Shown: positions 18,458 to 26,503 of the stretch, piece after piece
Layout: each line of letters opens with the position of its first letter
How positions within the stretch are numbered: the first letter of the stretch is position 1
From: an uncultured Verrucomicrobiae bacterium
GTDB taxonomy: Bacteria; Chlamydiota; Chlamydiia; Chlamydiales; Rhabdochlamydiaceae
Length of the DNA: 64,000 bases
Assembly: GCA_963818965.1 (NCBI GenBank)
Contig: CAWFUG010000011.1
Location: forward strand, 64,001-128,000
Reading direction: 5' to 3'
Position numbers and translations under genes: made by a program
The notes under the pieces: model-generated
The model's input: the letters and a program-made list of their open reading frames with translations, nothing else
The model's database searches: none
What the model was told of the DNA's origin: nothing

Positions 18458-19786
18458 ATGTCGATAGCAGAACAATCGGCCCCTACAGAAGCTGTATCTT
18501 GGATCCGCACCCTCGCGGCTCCGCTGCTTTTAATTGCGGTTTGTCCCGCCCTCGTCATGCTCGTTTGGTTCACAAATGCCCATTTGGGCGGATCGACCGA
18601 TACCTTATTCTCCCTCTTTTCTCAAAAAGGAATTTTTGCGACGATCTATTCGATTTGGGCCCCTGTCTTTTTCGGCACTGCAAAAGCGTGGAAAATTTTG
18701 GCGGCATTTGCCGGCTTCGAGCTTTTATTGATGAAGGTTCTCCCTGGCAGAAAATTCCACGGACCCGTTACTCCCAAAGGGAATATCCCCGCCTATAAGG
18801 CCAATGGAGTCTCCGCTTTTTTGAGCACGCTCTTTCTCTTTTACTTTGCGACCCACTCGCTTAAGCTCTTTTCCGCCACTCTGATCTACGACAACTTCGG
18901 CGGTCTTCTCGGTGCTCTCAATATCTTCAGCCTCATCTTCTGTCTCTTCCTCTATTTCAAAGGCAGATACAAACCCTCCAGCACAGATGCAGTCAGCTCG
19001 CGCGGGCCGCTGGCCGATTATTTTTGGGGGATGGAGCTCTACCCTCGCCTCTTTGGCTGGGATGTCAAAATGTTTACAAACTGCCGTTTCGGCATGATGG
19101 GATGGGGTCTCATCCTCCTTTCCTTTGCTGCAAAACAACAAGAGCTCTATGGATTATCCAATTCGATGATCATCGCTGTGACCCTACAGCTCGCCTACAT
19201 TCTAAAATTTTTTTGGTGGGAAACCGGATATCTGCGTTCGATGGACATCATGTACGACCGCGCCGGCTTCTGCATTTGCTGGGGCTGTCTCGTCTGGCTG
19301 CCTGCGATCTACACCTCCCCTACCCTCTACCTTGTGAACCATCCCAATCACCTGCAACCACTCCTCGCTGCCGGCATCTTCCTCATCGGGATCAGTTGTA
19401 TTCTCGTCAATTACCTAGCCGATCGACAAAGGCAATACGTCCGTCTGAAAAATGGAGACTGCACGATCTGGAGAAAAAAACCCGACCTTATCTTCGCCAA
19501 TTACAAAACCGACTGGGGCGAAGAAAAACAGAACCTGCTGCTCGTCTCTGGCTGGTGGGGAATCTCTCGGCACTTCCATTACATCCCTGAACTCCTCGGC
19601 GCCGTCTGTTGGAGCATTCCCGCTCTTTTCACTCACTACATCCCTTATTTCCATTTGACCTTTCTCGTCCTTCTCCTCATGGACCGCACCTACCGTCGGG
19701 AAAAGCAATGCGCGACGAAATACGGCAAAGACTGGGAAAAATACTGCGAACGGGTCCCCTTTCGCTTCATCCCTTTCCTGTATTAA
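18458..19786 (+). CDS. 7-dehydrocholesterol reductase-like sterol reductase (ERG4/ERG24 family)
   Basis: YFWGMELYPR, FTNCRFGMM, DIMYDRAGF, LLVSGWWGISRHFHY, C..KYG..W..YC..VP. Confidence 0.93.
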   Translation: MSIAEQSAPTEAVSWIRTLAAPLLLIAVCPALVMLVWFTNAHLGGSTDTLFSLFSQKGIFATIYSIWAPVFFGTAKAWKILAAFAGFELLLMKVLPGRKFHGPVTPKGNIPAYKANGVSAFLSTLFLFYFATHSLKLFSATLIYDNFGGLLGALNIFSLIFCLFLYFKGRYKPSSTDAVSSRGPLADYFWGMELYPRLFGWDVKMFTNCRFGMMGWGLILLSFAAKQQELYGLSNSMIIAVTLQLAYILKFFWWETGYLRSMDIMYDRAGFCICWGCLVWLPAIYTSPTLYLVNHPNHLQPLLAAGIFLIGISCILVNYLADRQRQYVRLKNGDCTIWRKKPDLIFANYKTDWGEEKQNLLLVSGWWGISRHFHYIPELLGAVCWSIPALFTHYIPYFHLTFLVLLLMDRTYRREKQCATKYGKDWEKYCERVPFRFIPFLY

Positions 19787-19807
19787 AAAGTCGTTTTCCT
19801 CTAAACC

Positions 19808-19870
19808 GTGGTTTCCCCTCTCTGTGGTGAAAATTTTTTAACCACAGAGAGGGGAAACCACAGAGAGGAA
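19808..19870. repeat. CCACAGAG-type palindromic repeat (family E)
   Basis: GTGGTTTCCCCTCTCTGTGGT...ACCACAGAGAGGGGAAACCAC. Confidence 0.8.
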
Positions 19871-19925
19871 AGAGATTGGGTTTTCCCTTGCGTTTATTCA
19901 GGTTTGCTTCCTACAATTGTCCTTT

Positions 19926-20648
19926 ATGTTTTTCCGTTTCTTAATCAAAATTTTTGCAAGTTTGCTCATGTGCGCCTCTTCCCCTCTACCGGCTCAAGAA
20001 AAAGAGCCACGACCTCTCGCTCTCATTCTCCTCGGCCCTCCAGGATCGGGTAAAGGAACACAGGCTACTCTCCTCAAGGAAGCCTTGCACCTGCCCCACA
20101 TTTCGACGGGAGATCTCTTGCGCGAGCACATCCGTCGCGATACAGAGCTCGGAAGAGAAGCGAAGACGTTCATGGACAAAGGACAACTGGTCCCCGACCC
20201 ATTGATTTTGAATATGTTCTTCGAGAGAATCGAAGCGCCCGACTGTCACAAGGGATATATCCTCGACGGCGTTCCACGCACTCTTCCTCAAGCAGAGAGC
20301 GTCCAGTCCCATCTCGAAAAAAAGGCAAAAATCGTCGTCGTCAACCTCTCGTTGAACGATGACAAGGTGATCGAAAGACTGGCCAACCGCCTCACTTGCG
20401 AAAAATGTGGGACGTCCTATCACCTTCTCTATTCTCCTCCTAAGCATAAAGGAATCTGCGATCGCTGCTCGGGGAAACTCATCCAGCGTTCCGATGACAC
20501 AGAAACAGTCATCCGCGAACGGCTCAACGTCTACCGGAAACAAACAGAGCCACTCATCGCTTTTTATACGCATCTGGGATTGCTGCACACTATCCCCTGC
20601 GATCAGCCCAAAGAAAAGATTTACGCCACACTCATCGCCTTCTTGTAA
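19926..20648 (+). CDS. adk: adenylate kinase, zinc-lid type, with N-terminal hydrophobic extension
   Basis: GPPGSGKGTQ, HISTGDLLR, GYILDG.PR, CEKC/CDRC lid, QRSDD. Confidence 0.95.
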   Translation: MFFRFLIKIFASLLMCASSPLPAQEKEPRPLALILLGPPGSGKGTQATLLKEALHLPHISTGDLLREHIRRDTELGREAKTFMDKGQLVPDPLILNMFFERIEAPDCHKGYILDGVPRTLPQAESVQSHLEKKAKIVVVNLSLNDDKVIERLANRLTCEKCGTSYHLLYSPPKHKGICDRCSGKLIQRSDDTETVIRERLNVYRKQTEPLIAFYTHLGLLHTIPCDQPKEKIYATLIAFL

Positions 20649-20695
20649 ATAAATCAGGGTCTGCTAAGATCAATTTTTAAATGTGATTTTAGGAG

Positions 20696-21847
20696 ATGAA
20701 GATGAAGACCGGCCTTGTGCTCTCGATTCTATCCACACTGTTCTCTCTTTCCGCCTATGAGGATGGCAACCCAGCAAATCCCAACCAGCTGGGCTATCTC
20801 GAAGCCTCTATCGATGATCTCAAAAAACAGATGGCAGATCTCAAAGAACAGTGTCAAGAGCAGGCGATCTATCCCCCTGCAGGACCTGCTGTCAGCAGCG
20901 GCGCAAGCATATTCATCACAGGAGATCTCCTCTGTTGGAAGGCGAATGAGAATGGGCTCGGTTACGTGCTCAAAACTAAAGTCGTCGATCCAGTCAATGG
21001 AATCTTAGGCAATGGGATCATTGCGACGCCCCACTTCGATTGGGATACGGGATTTCGCGTGGGCCTCGGATGGAACATGGGACACGATGACTGGGATGCT
21101 TATCTCTCTTGGACACGACTGCACACCGCAGCACACAGCCACCGACACGATAACGATGGCCGTTTCCTGTTCCCCGTCTTTGCAGACGCTTCCTTTGCAG
21201 AAAATCCCACACTAAAAGCGACTGCACATTTAAAACTGCACCTCAACGTCATCGATTTGGGACTAGGCCGCAGCTTCTACATCGGCAAACACCTCTCCGT
21301 ACGTCCCCATGCAGGAATCGAAAATGTCTGGATTTCGCAACACTATGGCACAGACTATCGCGGCGTCGCCGCTTTTAATCTCAATCCTGAATCGGATAGG
21401 GACCGCAATAACATCTCCTTCCGCAATCACTTTTGGGGCATCGGCGCGCGCTTTGGTGCGAACACAGAATGGGAACTGCGGTGGGGCTTTAGCTTTTATG
21501 GAGATATCGCCTGGGCTCTTCTCTACGGCAATTTCAACCTCAAGCGGACGAGCGAATTGGATCAAACTGCCCTAGTCCCGCCCGCCCATCGTAGAGCTCA
21601 TACCGATGAAAAATTCGCTCAAGCAAAAGCTGCGTTAGAATGCGCCCTCGGCTTTCAGTGGGATTGCATGTTCGCTCACGACAGATTTCACTTAGGAGCA
21701 AAAATCGGTTGGGAACAACACATCTACTTCGGACAAAATCAGATCTTTACCCCCGTCGCCTCTCCTAATCTGCCCGGCAAAATTGTCGGCGTGGACGACG
21801 ATCTGACCTTCCAGGGCTTTACCTTCTCGCTGCGTTTTGATCTATGA
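20696..21847 (+). CDS. MOMP-like / Lpg1974-family outer membrane beta-barrel
   Basis: Signal peptide, coiled coil, FDWDTGFRVGLG, DDWD, amphipathic strands, terminal RFDL. Confidence 0.8.
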   Translation: MKMKTGLVLSILSTLFSLSAYEDGNPANPNQLGYLEASIDDLKKQMADLKEQCQEQAIYPPAGPAVSSGASIFITGDLLCWKANENGLGYVLKTKVVDPVNGILGNGIIATPHFDWDTGFRVGLGWNMGHDDWDAYLSWTRLHTAAHSHRHDNDGRFLFPVFADASFAENPTLKATAHLKLHLNVIDLGLGRSFYIGKHLSVRPHAGIENVWISQHYGTDYRGVAAFNLNPESDRDRNNISFRNHFWGIGARFGANTEWELRWGFSFYGDIAWALLYGNFNLKRTSELDQTALVPPAHRRAHTDEKFAQAKAALECALGFQWDCMFAHDRFHLGAKIGWEQHIYFGQNQIFTPVASPNLPGKIVGVDDDLTFQGFTFSLRFDL

Positions 21848-22747
21848 GACTTTCTTCATGCGGCTATGGTAGACTTGAATGAGACCGCCGAGGCACACGA
21901 GAACAGCGCCGACTATTGAAAGGAGATTGGGTAATTGATGAAAGATCAGCCAATCGAGAAACCCGGAAGAAATGAGAGAGAGATACAAAAAAGGCGCAAG
22001 ACTAGAGGCTTTTCCGTGCTTATAAGCCAATCCTCTAAGTGACTGATTAAAAATACTCGCAAGTCCTAGAGCGATTGCATTCAAATAAATCCAAGAAGCG
22101 CCAGCGCTCTCTAGCATCGGATGCTCTACGAGGAATTCTCCTGAACACAAATAGACGACTCCACTGGCAACGGCGCTCAAGAAAAAGAAATAAAACAGGC
22201 TCGAAGACTGATTCTCATTCCGCGCCTGGTGTCCATAGAGCACTTGGGAGCCCGCCTGTCCTAAAATAGCGAATAAACCCGCCACACTCAAGCTCCCGAT
22301 CAATTCCCGATCAGGCTGTAAAATACACAAGACTCCGACAAATGAAATGAAGATGCTGATCATCGCTTTAAAGCTAAAGCGCATCTTAAAAAAGAACCAT
22401 TCGAGGATGGGCAGCAAGAGAGGCGCTGTGTTTTGAAGCACCGTCGCATCGAGTACAGAAGCATGCAACAAATAATAAAAGAGCGAATACTGATAGACTA
22501 AAGTGCACGCTGCGCGCAAGAACTGTAATTTCAAGTTTTTTACGATGAAGAGATCGTGAACCGTATGACGCCAAAGCAGAAAGGGAAGCAAGAGAATGAA
22601 GGGCACGGCGAATCGGAAAAAGACCAACAGAAAAAATGGGAGATTTGCAGTCCCAAACTTCCCAAAGAGAGTAAATACGGACAGCATGACCGCAGAAGCG
22701 GTCATGTAGAGCGCCCCTCGCTCAAACTCCCGTAAGCTTTGACGCAT
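21842..22747 (-). CDS. DMT/EamA family transporter
   Basis: Ten hydrophobic segments, FFRF, AY...KASSLAPF.Y. Confidence 0.88.
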   Translation of the reverse strand: MRQSLREFERGALYMTASAVMLSVFTLFGKFGTANLPFFLLVFFRFAVPFILLLPFLLWRHTVHDLFIVKNLKLQFLRAACTLVYQYSLFYYLLHASVLDATVLQNTAPLLLPILEWFFFKMRFSFKAMISIFISFVGVLCILQPDRELIGSLSVAGLFAILGQAGSQVLYGHQARNENQSSSLFYFFFLSAVASGVVYLCSGEFLVEHPMLESAGASWIYLNAIALGLASIFNQSLRGLAYKHGKASSLAPFLYLSLISSGFLDWLIFHQLPNLLSIVGAVLVCLGGLIQVYHSRMKKVS

Positions 22748-22751
22748 CAGA

Positions 22752-23759
22752 TCACTTCCCTGTCATCGCCGTTAAAATGCGGCGCTTGCCCGAAAATACA
22801 GCCCGCCCATGCATAGCGAGGACATTATCTAAAATCAATACATCCCCTCTTTGCCAAGGGAAATAAACGGTATGCGCATCGAGCACATCGAAGATGTGGT
22901 AGAGATCTCTTTTCGGAATCCGCGATCCATCGCCAAAAAACACTTCGTGTAATTTCATGTGCTTGCGACAATAAAACGCCTTCACTGCTAAGTATTTCCA
23001 CATCCCTAAAAACTTCCGATTGAAATCGTAGAGATGCGCCTGATTAAACCACACCTTTTCTTGTGTCGTTGGATGGATTAAAGTCGCAGGGCGCGTCTGT
23101 GCGATCTGGATCCAGTCATTTTGATTCCATTGGAATTCAAACTCATTCTCCAGACACTTCATCTCGACCTCTTTTTTATCATCTGTTTCAAAGACATCGA
23201 GCCACGTCTTGTGCGAACGCTGCATGCTATTGATGAAATCCATCAATTTACTCTTGTGGTAGTAACAAGAGAGGTACTTCAATCCCTTTTCCTCAAAACG
23301 CGCCCTGACAGCCGGATCGATCGCCTGGTAGACCTTCCGCGCATCGGCGATGATCGTCTCTCCGCCAACAACCGGAGGGGTCTCGCAGTAAAAATAGATG
23401 TGCTGCGGATAATTTTTGACGAAAGAGAGCTCGTTGTGCAGAGGCAATTTAAAGTGAGCGGGAGCCTCTGTCGACGTATAAACGCCTTCTGTGATTTTCG
23501 TCCGCGGACTATCTCCCCCGATGTAGCTGATGAAATTCCCAAAATCCAGCGTCCGGATCACCGTCTCAAAATCCAGCGCATTTTCCACTGGAAAATTGCG
23601 CAAGAGAATCGCGCCCCCTTCCAGCAATTGCCGCTGAATCTCCCCTTTTTCCGCCTTCACCCATTCCAAAAACTCCCCTAGACTAAAGTCCTCCCCCTCT
23701 GGCTGAATGACAAGTGGAAACTGCTCTTTCGTGATAAAATTTGAGACGACCTGACCCAT
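22752..23759 (-). CDS. TauD/TfdA family Fe(II)/2-oxoglutarate dioxygenase, SyrP-like
   Basis: GAILLRNF, VYTSTE, LHNELS, GGET.IAD, WFNQAH, DN.LAMHGR. Confidence 0.9.
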   Translation of the reverse strand: MGQVVSNFITKEQFPLVIQPEGEDFSLGEFLEWVKAEKGEIQRQLLEGGAILLRNFPVENALDFETVIRTLDFGNFISYIGGDSPRTKITEGVYTSTEAPAHFKLPLHNELSFVKNYPQHIYFYCETPPVVGGETIIADARKVYQAIDPAVRARFEEKGLKYLSCYYHKSKLMDFINSMQRSHKTWLDVFETDDKKEVEMKCLENEFEFQWNQNDWIQIAQTRPATLIHPTTQEKVWFNQAHLYDFNRKFLGMWKYLAVKAFYCRKHMKLHEVFFGDGSRIPKRDLYHIFDVLDAHTVYFPWQRGDVLILDNVLAMHGRAVFSGKRRILTAMTGK

Positions 23760-23887
23760 AAATACTGCCCCCTAAAAACTCAATGCTATAGCAGGGATGA
23801 GTCGGTTCGTCAATCAGAGTTTATAAAGTTTTTTATTTAAAATGATGTGCGCTCCCCTTGCAGGAGCAGAGGGGGTAGGTTGGGCGC

Positions 23888-24104
23888 CAGGATACCTGCA
23901 AAGTCGTTTAGGGCGAGTACAAGGAAATGATAGGAAGGATAAAATGATATGAATGATAGGGATTGGCGCACATCCAAAGAGCACCTATTCAGCCCCCTCG
24001 GGGACTGAATAGGTGCTCTTTGGATGTGCGCTTTCATCGCTTGCGCGAAAAAAAACCTTCCATCATTTCCTTTCCCCACCTCGACGGACTTTGCAGGTGT
24101 CCTG
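23888..24104. mobile_element. MITE family C, 217 bp, 18-bp TIR, perfect 10-bp target duplication
   Basis: CAGGATACCTGCAAAGTC...GACTTTGCAGGTGTCCTG flanked by GGTTGGGCGC on both sides; long internal hairpin. Confidence 0.9.
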
Positions 24105-26375
24105 GGTTGGGCGCAGTATAGAAGCTGATGGAGGACGAGTAGGTGAAGGCTGGGGGGCACATTTTTCTAGGACCCGACGTTCCGATGAATGCAATTCTCG
24201 ATCGGTGAAGGAAACGAGGGTCGATGCCTGAAAAGCGATATCGCGTGCAAGAGCGAAATTTCCCTTGTTTTCTGCACAACGGATCATATTTATGAGGGTA
24301 CTGAGCCAATCGCTATTTTTGTCTTGCTCCTCAATAGCCATTTTGCAACAGAGTTCAGCGATTTGGAGAACCTGTTCAGAAGCTGCTTGTTTTTCCGCTA
24401 GTGCAGCACCGAGACATCCGATTGCTATTGATTTTTTTCCGTTTGTAGACATTCTTTTAGCACAGAGGACAGCGATATCGACCACTTGATCAAAACAATC
24501 TTTCTCAGCAAATGCGTAACCCATGGCCTCAAAAAGTCTCGCATTGTCAGGAGACCCCTCAAAAACGATACCAGTGGGTAATGAAAACGCTCTATAAATG
24601 CCCGAAGCCGCTGAATCAATATGCAGATCTATTAACCGAGCACCAATCGAGCGAAGAGCCTTGTTTCTTTCTGGGAAGTCACCAAAGATCTGTCGAACAA
24701 CTTTTCTTTTTTCAGGAAAGTCTTGCAAGAGCATTTTAAGATCCTTTTCCCTTTCGTTGCCATCTACAAAGAGCGTTTCGAAACACACCGCTGCGATTGT
24801 CCAACAATCCGACTCGCTCCAACCCTTTTTTTCTGCTGCAATGACTGCTGTGCAATAAATTTCAGCAAATTTAACAAGCCGTACCATAGCGGCTTCTTTC
24901 TTCATTAATTGATCGTATATCCTTCCGGGACTATCCTCTAAATTTTCAGATACTCCCCCTTTCGTACATTGTTGGCGCAACAGCTGGCTTTCTTGAGAAG
25001 AAAGAAATCCTTCAATTTCCATAGAGGCCTCCGGAAGCAACCGCATGGATTCTTCTAATAAAGGCTCAATGGTCGCGTACCTTTCGTAAGCCTCTCCACA
25101 CACATCTTCCCAGATATCCTTCAATTCCCTGATCCCCTCACTAAACCACTCTCGTCCCAAAGGATTGTCTCTTCGGATCACATACTGCGCCAGAATAAGT
25201 GTATCTGTATCTGCAATCGTATGCGTATCTTCAATCTCATTGAAATCGATCTGCTTTTCTTCTGTTAAAAAGCGCTGAAATTCCTCTGATGTTTCAGAAC
25301 ACTCCCGAAATACAGCGAAAATCCGGATGAGGAGATTGAGATCGTAGTCCATCTCTGCATCCTTTTCGATGATTTCTTTGATACCATTCGTTCGATCGAA
25401 CTTGAGCCAAGCCTCCCAAAGGCAGTTGGCTTTTACTGTAAGATCAGAAGATTCCAATAGAGGATGGTTCTTCTGCAAAATGAAATAAATAGTACCGAGA
25501 ACAGCCGCCTCAAAGCTCGTACGCGAACAAGAACGAGCCCATTGATCTAATAAAGGCAAATAGACTGCGTGCTGCCTTTCTTGAAAAAAATCGATGAGCT
25601 CCTTAATAGATAGGGTCTTCATTTCATCCGTCAATTGATACAAACGCACACCAGAATACAGCCCAGATTCCTTCCCTCGATTCCCAATAGCAATTTGATC
25701 TTGATAAAGGGTAACACTGATCCAATGCATATCATCACACACATTACTCCCCGTATCTGAGAAGAGGACCATTCTTCCTCCCCACTTTTCCTGGACTTCT
25801 TGGAAACTCAAATCCTTAAAATCTTTCGAACAAGAAGTACAATGAGTGTCATTCACAACTGTTAAAAACTCTTCGGTGCAACCAGTATCCCACAACGGCT
25901 CCTCTACAGATTCTTTAAAAAACGCTTCCAAAGAACGGCAAAGATAGGGAATCAGATAATCGTGATGCGTCACATGATCTACCCCTGGATCAAAAGACAC
26001 GCCGTCGATTTTGTAGTCCCCTTCAATTTCATAACGGTGCAGCGCATCGCACTTCATCGCGATGAATCTCTTTGTAAACCCTGCTTCTCGCTGCGCGATG
26101 AAAGGAGTTAAATCTTTACGCCCATGGTCTAAAGCATACAGGTAAGGCGTATAGTCAGCGATTGGAATCAACCGACTTCCCTGCACCTTCACCCGAAGAG
26201 AGATCGTCCTCGCCAACCCATACCAGAGCTTAGAGACAGCCGAGAAGTTTTTAAAAAGCTCTATTTTGATGAGTCCAGCGTCGTCTTCTCCCCGCATATG
26301 CTCAAAGGAGGAGCGGAAGAAATCAAAAACCTCACCAACGAACTGCTTATCATTAAATCGATCTATTGACGACAT
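24063..26375 (-). CDS. putative effector: degenerate F-box-like motif, AnkH-like cysteine-protease-like domain, helical repeats
   Basis: 770 aa; FSAVSKLW; HWIS...GNRG...QWARSCS; N-terminal half highly similar to 26504-28618. Confidence 0.7.
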   Translation of the reverse strand: MSSIDRFNDKQFVGEVFDFFRSSFEHMRGEDDAGLIKIELFKNFSAVSKLWYGLARTISLRVKVQGSRLIPIADYTPYLYALDHGRKDLTPFIAQREAGFTKRFIAMKCDALHRYEIEGDYKIDGVSFDPGVDHVTHHDYLIPYLCRSLEAFFKESVEEPLWDTGCTEEFLTVVNDTHCTSCSKDFKDLSFQEVQEKWGGRMVLFSDTGSNVCDDMHWISVTLYQDQIAIGNRGKESGLYSGVRLYQLTDEMKTLSIKELIDFFQERQHAVYLPLLDQWARSCSRTSFEAAVLGTIYFILQKNHPLLESSDLTVKANCLWEAWLKFDRTNGIKEIIEKDAEMDYDLNLLIRIFAVFRECSETSEEFQRFLTEEKQIDFNEIEDTHTIADTDTLILAQYVIRRDNPLGREWFSEGIRELKDIWEDVCGEAYERYATIEPLLEESMRLLPEASMEIEGFLSSQESQLLRQQCTKGGVSENLEDSPGRIYDQLMKKEAAMVRLVKFAEIYCTAVIAAEKKGWSESDCWTIAAVCFETLFVDGNEREKDLKMLLQDFPEKRKVVRQIFGDFPERNKALRSIGARLIDLHIDSAASGIYRAFSLPTGIVFEGSPDNARLFEAMGYAFAEKDCFDQVVDIAVLCAKRMSTNGKKSIAIGCLGAALAEKQAASEQVLQIAELCCKMAIEEQDKNSDWLSTLINMIRCAENKGNFALARDIAFQASTLVSFTDRELHSSERRVLEKCAPQPSPTRPPSASILRPTQDTCKVRRGGERK

Positions 26376-26416
26376 CTTATTTAACCGGTTAATTTTTACT
26401 ACATTTAAATAATATA

Positions 26417-26445
26417 ATTATACTTCGTTTTTAGGTTTTCGTCAA
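26417..26445 (-). promoter_or_regulatory. sigma66-type promoter
   Basis: TTGACG-17 bp-TATAAT upstream of the 26375 start. Confidence 0.75.
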
Positions 26446-26475
26446 TTAATAATTTATTTTTTAAAAAAGCAGTTA

Positions 26476-26503
26476 TTTAAGAGCCTGTTTACAGGCTCTT
26501 AAA
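26476..26503. repeat. 28-bp palindrome (terminator or collapsed family-D-like element)
   Basis: TTTAAGAGCCTGT-TT-ACAGGCTCTTAAA immediately after the stop of 26504-28618. Confidence 0.55.

Noticed and set aside
24109..24120. GGGCGCAGTATA, identical to the family A2 terminus
   Set aside because: Only 12 bp with no further match; chance cannot be excluded
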